NCBI RefSeq assembly: GCF_964355755.1 | Contig: NC_092676.1 | Coordinates: 25,996,871-26,060,870, forward strand | Source of the DNA: Antedon mediterranea | Taxonomy: Eukaryota; Animalia; Echinodermata | Length of the DNA: 64,000 nucleotides | Reading direction: 5' to 3' | Part shown: positions 26,401-38,400 of the stretch, one piece after another | Layout of the letters: each line of letters opens with the position of its first letter | Numbering within the stretch: the first letter of the stretch is position 1 | Position numbers and translations under genes: made by a program | The notes under the pieces: generated by a model | Database searches by the model: none | What the model saw: only the letters and a program-made list of their open reading frames with translations | Told to the model about the DNA's origin: nothing

Positions 26401-29400
26401 TACTCAAAATAATCGCATAATATGCCCTCTATATTTAATTTTTCGATAAATTGAGTTGGCTTTCCTTTACTACATCAACCATAAAATACAAGTGGACATG
26501 GACCTAGGCTAATTATGCTCAAAATAATCAAATAATGTGCAGTCCTAGGCTATTTTCCATTCTTTCTATTTTTATGGATGTGTGAGAAATAGCCACATAC
26601 ATGTGAGGCATAAATCAGCCCTCATGTGTGAGAAATAGCCACATACATGTGAGGCATAAATCAGCCCTCATGTGTGAGAAATAGCCACATACATGTGAGG
26701 CATAAATCAGCCCTCATGTGTGAGAAATAGCCACATACATGTGAGGCATAAATCAGCCCTCATGTGTGAGAAATAGCCACATACATGTGAGGCATAAATC
26801 AGCCCTCATGTGTGAGAAATAGCCACATACATGTGAGGCATAAATCAGCCCTCATGTGTGAGAAATAGCCACATACATGTGAGGCATAAATCAGCCCTCA
26901 TGTGTGAGAAATAGCCACATACATGTGAGGCATAAATCAGCCCTCATGTGTGAGAAATAGCCACATACATGTGAGGCATAAATCAGCCCTCATGTGTGAG
27001 AAATAGCCACATACATGTGAGGCATAAATCAGCCCTCATGTGTGAGAAATAGCCACATACATGTGAGGCATAAATCAGCCCTCATGTGTGAGAAATAGCC
27101 ACATACATGTGAGGCATAAATCAGCCCTCATGTGTGAGAAATAGCCACATACATGTGAGGCATAAATCAGCCCTCATGTGTGAGAAATAGCCACATACAT
27201 GTGAGGCATAAATCAGCCCTCATGTGTGAGAAATAGCCACATACATGTGAGGCATAAATCAGCCCTCATGTGTGAGAAATAGCCACATACATGTGAGGCA
27301 TAAATCAGCCCTCATGTGTGAGAAATAGCCACATACATGTGAGGCATAAATCAGCCCTCATGTGTGAGAAATAGCCACATACATGTGAGGCATAAATCAG
27401 CCCTCATGTGTGAGAAATAGCCACATACATGTGAGGCATAAATTAGCCCTCATGTGTGAGAAATAACCACATACATGTGAGGCATAAATCAGCCCTCATG
27501 TGTGAGAAATAGCCACATACATGTGAGGCATAAATCAGCCCTCATGTGAGAAATAGCCACATACATGTGAGGCATAAATCAGCCCTCATGTGTGAGAAAT
27601 AGCCACATACATGTGAGGCATAAATCAGCCCTCATGTGTGAGAAATAGCCACATACATGCGAGGCATAAATCAGCCCTCATGTGTGAGAAATAGCCACAT
27701 ACATGTGAGGCATAAATCAGCCCTCATGTGTGAGAAATAGCCACATACATGTGAGGCATAAATCAGCCCTCATGTGTGAGAAATAGCCACATACATGTGA
27801 GGCATAAATCAGCCCTCATGTGTGAGAAATAGCCACATACATGTGAGGCATAAATCAGCCCTCATGTGTGAGAGTTGGCAGGTATACAATATAAAGGTCA
27901 TTTATTTTTACGCAGTCATCATTTTTCTTGTCACATCAGAACAGGTAACTGTAGAACACATAATCATTGACGACTGTTCTTCAACATTTATTAGATTGGC
28001 ATCCCAGTTTGGATCGTAAATCTGCGTCACTCTGCAACACATGGTGAGCTGCCTTCCTTGAGCATGCTCAAATCAGGTGTAGCATTTGCGTTGTCATGGT
28101 TGCAAACTGATTACTGGGAGAAGAACGAAGACAATGATTCAAGCGGATCAGAAACGGATGTTAAAGGTACACTACCATTTTTTTTCCCCCAAATTTTCAA
28201 TTCAATTTATGTTCGCTAGCATTGAATATGCACTGCACTGTATACATAGTGCTTGTATTTCTTAGGTTTTTCTTCATTTTTCAGTACAACTTTGGCAACT
28301 TCTCATAAGATATCAACAAGAACAGTATATGGTCAGTTTACTTTTTCACCTTTTTAAAAGAAATTGATTTAAAATATTATGAATGCTATTAAAATAATGG
28401 TAATAGACAAAATAAATAAGTGTTTACAGTAAGATTTTTAAATATACTTGAAATGAGATACATTAAAAGATCACAATTTTAAATATAGTAAATATTTACT
28501 TGGAGGTAAATATTGTGGAAATTAAATATTGCCCTCTATTGTTTGCAAATACAAACAGCCAGTACTTTAAAAATACTTTTTAAAATATAAGAAATTGCTC
28601 CCTCTATTGTGCATGTAGCACATTAAAATGTTAAATTAAAACTGAATACATTAATACAAGTTACAAATTTGACCAACTAAGACAGCATCGTATGACGATG
28701 CCCGACCAGTTATCTCGTCTGGACAAAATTTAAGCATGTTTAAATTCCTTTCACAATTTGTAATTAGGAAACATTCTTGCGTAATCACGCAAAATGATTT
28801 AGATTCACGTGCTGACTGATAATGATCAATATTAATCATTATTATACTCTGTAGATTTTACAAATGGGATGGTCCCCAACAAATGAAGCTATCACAGAGA
28901 TTCTATCTGATATTTCAGATTTGCTTGAGAATGACATTGTAATGTGAGTTTGTTTTTATGATAATATTTAGCATATTTATTATGGGGTACTTGCATGGTT
29001 GGGTTTGAGAGTTACATTAGTATATACACAGTATCTAACGTTTTAAATAGTCTGTTAAAAAAATCTATGTAATTATTATTATTTTAACATAAAAAATGCC
29101 AAATATACATATAAAAGAATAAAATGACTATTATATACATTTATTATATACATATTGAAATTTTGCCTTTTTTGTATGTATTTACATATACATTTTACAA
29201 GAGCAGAAAAATTGGTACAAATTTATAAAGTAATGATATGTTTTGTTTTTACAGACAACACTTGTTTACCACATTACTTCAAGATGGCTTCCTTGTACCA
29301 ACAGACCAACAAATACAGTCGTTAGCCATTGGCACTAGTAAGAAAACCAATTTGTATGTTGCTGGGGCACTACCTTAGTAATCCCAGGTACTGGGTTCAA

Positions 29401-32400
29401 ATCCTGTCCTGACACACTTTAACCAACAGATCAACAAATACAGTCATTAGCCATTGACACTAGTAAGAAAACCAACTTGTATGTTGCTGGGGCACTACTT
29501 TAGTAATCCAAGGTAATGGGTTGAAGTCCTGTCCTGACACACTTTAACCAACAGATCAACAAATACAGTCATTAGCCATTGACACTAGTAAGAAAACCAA
29601 CTTGTATGTTGCTGGGGCACTACTTTAGTAATCCAAGGTAATGGGTTCAAGCCCTGTCCTGACACACTTTAACCAACAGATCAACAAATACAGTAATTAG
29701 CCATTGACACTAGTAAGAAAACCAACTTGTATGTTGCTGGGGCACTACTTTAGTAATCCAAGGTAATGGGTTCAAGTCCTGTCCTGACACACTTTAACCA
29801 ACAGATCAACAAATACAGTCGTTAGCCATTAACACTAGTAAGAAAATCAATTTGTTGCGGCTACCTTAGTAGTTTATGGAGCTGTGTTCAAATCTTGTCT
29901 TTGCCATAGAACCAACCATGTTTTGTTGACCAAAGTTACATCAAACAAAAATAAACAAACATACATTTTACACCCTGGTTCATTTATTAAATATCAATGC
30001 CCCCTTGTTTAATTTTTAAATTAGATATTAACCATTATTTTTCTCATTGTATAGATGATAAAACAAATACCAATAACATTACAGAAATTCCAGAAACCTT
30101 TCTAAATCTCTGGAAACCATTACTGAAAAAACTGAGCAAGTTGAAAATTCTCCACAACATATTGGAACCACTTTGTCAGGAAATATGCAAATTTAAAAGT
30201 CCAATGATGCAATCTGCCCAATATCTCACTGGTTGGATGCAGTTATTTTTAGAAGCCACCAATACGAACCGTGTGTTTTTATTTTATTGTATAACAATAT
30301 AGAAAATATTAAAGATGTATTGTCCCCCAAAAACATGAAAAACAAATATTAATAAAATCAGACTTTGAATATGCCATTTTGTAGTTTTAACAAAGTTAAT
30401 CACTTTCATAAGAAACAAGGCCATATAGATGGCTGCAGTCGCGTGCTCATTAGTGTTTACCGACCGACCGACCAACCTACCAACTGACCGAAATTACTGA
30501 ACATTTATATTTTTTAAGTTTACACGTGCGTAGCCTGTCACTTTTGACGTGCTCGTATAACGTAATTTCGAGTTGAAAAGTAAGTCAAGAAAACAGAAAT
30601 CGAGCAAAAAGAGTGCGCTATAACGTAGCGCGCAAAAATCTGCGCACTCATGGCAATTTTGTAAGCGTTACATGCGGTACGCACGTAATTGTATTGCCAT
30701 ATGATGATTTATGCCCTGAAATTTATGAGTACCAAATTTTATTTAATTGTGATTCATGGTTGTGAAGATATGATTACAAACGTGATTTCGTTAAATCGTG
30801 CGTACACCGCGTAATTTTTTATTGCGCACCGTGAAAACATAACCACATCGATTCCTGGCCATAAGGAATATACTGTGAAAAATTGACTTAGCTAGATTAA
30901 ACTTATATCAAGATAAGGTCAGAAAGCGATAAAACGCATAGTGATACCGGACCGACAGACAGACCGACCGACATAGTGAACTATAGAGTCGCGTCCACGC
31001 GACTAAAAAACTGAAAAAATAATATGTTCACTTATAAAATGACAAAATAAACAACTACATTGAACCAAACACCAATTGACTGGCAGTCAATTTGACTATT
31101 GTTTGCTTTAAATCACTTTTTTTTTGGTAAATATTTTGTTCTTTTTCGATCCAATTTTTTTGTCAAAGTGAATAACTTTATGTGACATTAAAATGGCATA
31201 TTCTACAAAAAATGTAAAAAAATTATTTTTTTAGGGGGACAATATATCTTTAAATTAAAAAGTGTTTTCCTAATTAAAAGATATTCTAGTTGTCTTCTGA
31301 ATCTATTTCTACAATGTCACATGACTTAATCCAATAAATATATTTAATTTGTTATTAACTATAGTGCCCAAAAAAAATGTTGGAAGCAGTCGGCATGGTT
31401 TGGTAGTTGTTTCATCAGAGGTTGATTGGCACCATATCTTTAACTTGTGTGTTGAGAGTCCTAACCCATATACATGTCACTTTGTTCAAAGGTAAGACTG
31501 TGTTTATACTGCATGTTATTATGTCATTTTTCAATATATGTAGTTTTAAAATACTGGATCTCATTTAACTAAACTTTACTTTATTGCCAACAAAAACAGT
31601 CGATCAAAGCATATTGATCGAAACGTCGAGAAACTCAATAGTTCTTTTCAGAACTAAGACCGCAAACTTTATATCAACAAAAACAACATAAACATGAACA
31701 ATCATCATTGACAAAAAGTTATAAGATTTAGTTAAATGAAACTAATCAAAGCTTAACTACTAAAAATGAATTACAATAAGACTCTTTTATACAAATATTT
31801 ACTTACGTGTACTAAATAATTCAAGTTCTTTAATATCCTTTAAACATTTCATTAAACTGAACTACTAAAAATGAACTGAGATAAGACTCTTTTATACAAA
31901 TCAAGTTACTTACTTGTACTAAATAATTCAAGTTCTTTAATATCCTTTAAAATTTCTTTCTTTCTTTATTAAAAACAAACCAATTGGCAGCAAATCTGCT
32001 GAATTGCATGGTAAGGAACAATATACATTCAAAAGACAAGTAAAGTAAAAGTCATCATTAAACAAAATTATCGCAATTACAAAATATATGTAATTGTAAA
32101 CATAAAGTAAAAAAAATATAGTCTTATTGCAAGGATATAGTATATACATTATTACTTAATTACATCTCATTAAACTGAACTATAAACTACTAAAAATGAA
32201 CTGAGATAAGACTCTTTTATACAAATCAAGTTATTTACTTGTACTAAATACTTCTAGTTCTTTAATATCCTTTAAACCAATACACAAACTAGGCTTATAT
32301 CGTCTAATAGCTATGGCTTCTGCAATTAAAAGCTCAGACGAATGTGCATACCGAATAATATGAGTGTTTTCGAAAATTAAAGACTCTGTAAGACAAAGTT

Positions 32401-35400
32401 TAGATAAAGAGGTGTTAGTTGCACCAAGAGCCATAGAATGCTTATCAATTATATTTTCAAAATCATTACAACTGTTGATGTGTTTATAAACCAAACTGTT
32501 TATTGTTCGTGAATGCTCGCCAACTCTTACTTGTAAACATCTACCAGTTTTACCTATATAACTAGCAAAACATCCGGGGCATGTAAATTGATACACCACA
32601 GAACTACAGTATTCTTTGGGTGTTGGATCCTTATGTGAAATGAAGACATCGTTTGATTGCCATTGTGTTTTAAATGTAACATCAACAAGTAATTGTTGAT
32701 TTATTGCTTTCCTTAACTTATCAACAATTATGTCACCATGGTTACCTATAAATGGTAGCCGCATCCGAACCGTTGGTTTATCATATTTATTAGTAGAAGA
32801 CGCACTGGTTGAGAAACCATTCGATTCCATTAACTGTTTTGCCTTTTTTTGCTCACCTTCTAATTTATCACTAAATACAGAGCTATGCATCCAAAACACT
32901 TTATTTTTACTTGTTACACCTCTTTCATATTGAATAGCCTGCTGAGTGTAAATATTTTTATTCATCTCTATATCACAAAGAACAGGATTAAATGATCTTA
33001 ATATGTCATCTATATCTTTAGGCCTGACTACCACCAGTGCATTATCTGCAAAACGTGTATAAGATCGAATAACACCTTTATTCAGTAGATCAGGCACTGT
33101 TGATTTCTCCAGTTCTGTTATAAGAATGTTATTTAGCACTAGTCCCAATGGGAAACCCATTAAAACGCCATCAGTTTGGTGATACAACTGACCGTTACAA
33201 GAAAATACTGTTTTAGTACATGCGTCTTTAATAAGCTTACACAAAGTGCTTCGTTTTAGATTGGTTACTACTAGTTTTTTGTTAAAAACCCTGTCTAGTA
33301 TTATATCAATTAAATCATTTAAAGGAAAATTAGTCAATAACAATTGAAGATTAATTAAAACACACTGATATCCTTCGGAATGTGGAATGTTCTTGATATG
33401 ATTACAACTATCGTAACTGTCTTTCAAAACAAATTTATTTTGAGTCAACGGAAACAAAAGTTCAGCGAGAAATTGTGCAACAGGATAATATGCTGTGCCT
33501 GTGGTGTCGATTACTGGTCGAATTAGCGGAATAGATTTAGAATCCTTACGGAAAATTGGCACACCGTAGACTTGTGCAGGTTTTGTCGATGTGGGGCGCA
33601 TTCTCTCGTATTCTATATCACTAATTTCACGTCGAGAATGAATGGTTCGCAAGTAAGTCTTAAGTGTGTTTAACTGGGTCAACAACGATTGACTGTATTG
33701 CTTAAACTTTTTGTCATCAGAAAATACATTAACAAGTTGTTTTAGGTAATCAGATTTGCTTAACAAAACTACACAGGTTCTTTTATTGCTTTCCTTATGT
33801 GTTTTAACTTCTTCATCAGGATTAACTTCTTTATTTGGATTAACTTCTTTATCAGGATTAACTTCTTCATCGGGATTAACTTCTTCATCGGGATTAACTT
33901 CATCTGGTTTTACTTTTTCATCTGGCTTAACTTCTACATCTCGTTTAACTTCTTGATTAACTTCTTCATCTGGTTTAACTTCATCTGGATTTACTTCTTT
34001 ATCTGGTACTTCTGATTCAAGTATAGCATATCTTTCTTGAAGGTCTTCCAATATTTCAAGTCGTTTTGCATCATCAGATAACTGCTTGCCATCAAAATTA
34101 AGGAAGTTCCAAACCATTGCAGATATTGCATTCTTGATTCTCTTTCTTTCAAGTAATGAGTCCGGTAGAAGTCCAGAAGAATTAAGTTGATCCCAAATGA
34201 ATTCAGCCTGAATGAGCATGTCATCCTCTTTGGGTTTTGTAACTAATCTGTTTTCAACAGCATATTCCAAAACTTCTTTTTCCTCACAAGTCAGCAATTG
34301 ATCACATAAATAGTTGATAGTCTGTGTGTGGTGTTCTTTAGTTGAATACGCTCGCAGAACTTTTGGTACCATTTTGTCATGATAAGATTTGCTCATTTTC
34401 CTAAAAGTGCAAGATGCAGTATAGTAGATCAGTTTAAATGCCCTAGATGCCATGATTATATACGGATGGATAGAATATGTTTAATGTTTGAAAGATCAAC
34501 TAGCCAGTTGGAATGGAACAGTCACTATTTCAGTCGTTTAATTTATTCTTATATATAAATACAAATTATCATTATGCACCAACTGGAATCAATATCAATA
34601 TTTTTCATTGTTATTTAAATTTTTAAAGTCTTTTGTCAAATATTAATATCCTTTCTATCCGATTTTCACCTTGAAGAAATTGGGAAAAAAATCAAATGAC
34701 AAGAATATTGTTGTCATGATGTATACAATCGCACACATGTTGCTTTAAATTGTTATGCCAAATAAACATCTAGAAAACATTTTTTTGGTTCATTAGATTT
34801 TAATCAAATTATGCACGACTACACACGATAGACTATGGTCCTGTTACAGTTGTCTTTATAAGCCAAGGGCACTCAGATGTCCCTCTAATTAAGGACCTGA
34901 AATTTGGTTTATTAGATTTTGATCAAATTAAGCACGACTACACACAATAGAGTATGGTCCTGTTACAGTTGTCTTTATAAGCTAAGGGCATTCAGATGTC
35001 CCTCTAATTAAGGACCGGGAATTAGGTTTATTAATTATTGGGACCACTTTACTAATAAAGATCTAAATATTTCTGTGCATTCAGCATTGTCTCTAATTGA
35101 AACTTCAATCACAATTGCATTGAAATGAATAATAATTTAGTTTATTAATTAATAGCATAGAGATATTATAATAAACTGTAATATAATATCTATGAGAATG
35201 AAGAGAAAATGTCCACATATAATTTAAGTCTGTATGTGCAAGTATATTGTTCTTCACATTAATAATTTAATATGTCCTTTCCAGGGATTAAACAATAAGA
35301 AATGATAGTGTAATATACAAAGCATGCATAGAGCCGGAACAAAGTAGCATGGTAGCCCTACAGGTAGTAGAGCATAAGTGCCTCTAGCACCTTCGGTGGC

Positions 35401-38400
35401 GTAGTGCGCTCTAGAAATCTGTATTTTTATTATATCTACATTACATTACATCTGAGTCTGCATACTAAGTTTGAGTTTTATTATTCGTACAGATTTTTTA
35501 ATCTTTACTGCTAAAATTTATTATAAATTATACGTAAAATGCTTTAATCTGGTTTTTTTTACGAACTTAATAAAGTCTTGATTGGAAACTGCATCTACAC
35601 TGTACGTAAAGTCGCAGGTTATTCCCCCATATACATTTATTACATTCAGTATAATATACATTTTTGTATCTTTAATATTTCATGTTTAAAATTTATCTCG
35701 GGAGGAAGTAAATAAATATTGAATTAATAATTTATCATACAAAAAATAAAGTGGGTTTGGGTTTTGAATGTCAAGGGTACTAAGTTTAAACAAAAGAGAT
35801 ACCTAAACTTGGGAATTTCCCAAAATAAGTTGTGCCCTGGGATTTTTGACAAACAAAAGCTTTGGTACATAGACAGGCGTATTCGACTAGTCTGCGAGGT
35901 AGACATCTGTCTATGTTTGATTATGCAGATCATATTCTTTATTGTTTGCCTACCCGGGAGGTCCCATTCCTTTTAGGTTTGTTATTAGTTTAACCATTTT
36001 TATTATGATACTGTAACTAAAGCCAGTCATGTGAATATGTTCATTGTACAGCTGAAATCGAAAGTTATGATTGCTTTATTTTGACCTTGAAAGGTCAAGG
36101 TGACTTTCATAATTTACAATAACACTAATTGACCAAAACCTCCGTGCCATTTGATTTCCGGACCTAACCCAAAAACCAAAGACCAAAGTCCAGCCTTCTG
36201 CAGAGCCCCATCTATAACAAACTCTAGATCCGTCCAGTGGAAACTCTTATAAATAAATAAAACAAAAATCTGTACTGCTTAGATAAATAAAAACTAATTA
36301 AAACAGTAAAAGAAAAGTTTAGCGGTCTCTTCTAAGATAAAAGTTAACAGAAAGTGATTTTAAGATTATTTACCTAGTTGATATCATTTGTATGAATCAG
36401 TTGTTTCCTTATTTGACTGAAAGTGAAATTACGATGTATTAATATTTGGTCTAGTAGTCTGCGGTCTATATTTATAGAAATGTGTTCATCGTTTATATAA
36501 TATATTGTCCAGTTTGTTTTGTTCTATGTCTAAAGCTCTATACTATCAAACTAGTTTGACAAACAAAGTGTGATGTGCCAACATATGGTAGTGATATGCC
36601 CAAATATGGTAGTGATATGACATCATCATGTTCATATATGGGCACATTAAAAATTTTTGTCACATAAAGTTTGATAGTGTAGGCAGAATTTGATTGATTT
36701 CGCCACAATTACAAGTTATGTAATATAAACAAACAAACAAACAAATAATAGAAGTCCAAAAAGAGGTCAATTTAAGATTTGAACCCCACCACCATTACTA
36801 AATTTAATGGCATAAAAATCTAATTTTCATAGAATTATTTGGTTATAGACTATGCTCTGTTTACATTATCAAACTTTATGTGACAAAAAATGTGATGTGC
36901 CCATATATGGACAAGATGATGTCATATCACTACCGTATTTAGGCATATTACTACCATATTTGGGCACATCACACTTTTTTTGTCAAACTTTGATAGTGTA
37001 GAGAGAGCTTTACAGTTTTCTTTGGTTATTGTTTTGCTTTACGTAGCACTACCAGCAGGATTTTGTTTTGTTTTTTTTAAAGTTTTTTTTTGCTATATAC
37101 AGTAGTTATGACATGCTATTTGGGCCAAAATGTCTTTTTTTAAACAAATATTAGGCTGAATCGATAGTGCTGAATATATTTTGCATTTCATGTACTAATT
37201 GCAAACCATTTTGATGGCCAAATATTATATTCAATTTGTGTTACGCAATAATAAGTAATAATAATATTTATCATTTTACTCTCGATCTCATTCCAATAAG
37301 ATAATATAAGTTGCTACACTTTTGTTATATTAACTCATAATTCCTGCATAGTTCTTATCACAAGATTTCTGTTTTACTACAGCGAATAAATTAGTTAAAT
37401 AATTACCATTGGCCACTTAATCTATCTTGAAGCATCATACACTTATTTTCGTACTCACATCCTGGTCTCTCGGACTACTTTATTTTGTGGTTGTCTTTTT
37501 TTGACCACACAATTGATTGCATTGAAATAGTTTAGGTTTCAATAACACATTTGTTAATAATTAGCAATATTAATTTATAAATCATGTGCTTATGATTATG
37601 AATGTACATATCTGTAGAATTAATATCTGGCGTCATGTCTTATCACATGTTTACCTTTCGTCAGAATGTTCTTGAAGACAATTCAATTTCTTCTCCTTAT
37701 CAGAAATTATTGTCTTATATGAACAACAGAAATCAGTTACTTGGTCCACCTAAAAAAATTGTCCTCATTTAGGGTACTTTGTAAAAACTTTTGATAATGA
37801 AATAATACTTATAATTATTGAGGTGCTTAAAGATATATTTTACCCCTAAAAAAACTTGAAAAAAAAATTTAATTCAAAGCAAAAAATACTTGTCTGTCAG
37901 ACAATGGTTTTTTCTCTTTTGTCCTAAAATTTTTTTGAGTTTGAGTGAATAACTTTGTTAAAACTGCAAAATGGCCTATTTATAGTTGTGATTTTATTAA
38001 TATTCATTTTTCATGTTTTGGGGGGACAATACATCTTTAATAATGAGGCACTTTGTTAACAGCGCCATAGAAATTAAAATAAAAATGTTTTTTTTAAATG
38101 TTATACTGTCGTGAGGTGGTTTCCCGAATGATCGTAAAATCAAAACGACCAACTAGCGTTCTTGTCACCAACTAGTCATCCATTCATAGAAGTACTGATG
38201 TAGTAGCCTATCTGTACGGTGACCATAGAATGTGACCCGAGACCATTAAGAACCAAACCTTTTTACAAAATTTCCCCCAAGCAAAGACTTCTTTCTTCAT
38301 CATCCAAACATGAAAATGTATGTGTACTGGTATACAACAGACTTACTACATTATGTCATTGACCTATTTAAACAGGATGTAATTAACAGGCTTTGACAAA

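Noticed and set aside
26578-27872. Regular array as CRISPR or coding repeat
   Set aside because: Head-to-tail identical units with no spacers; intronic.
32231-34453. Active autonomous retrotransposon or telomerase
   Set aside because: RT catalytic Asp residues are replaced; the GIY-YIG domain and PLE motifs exclude TERT.
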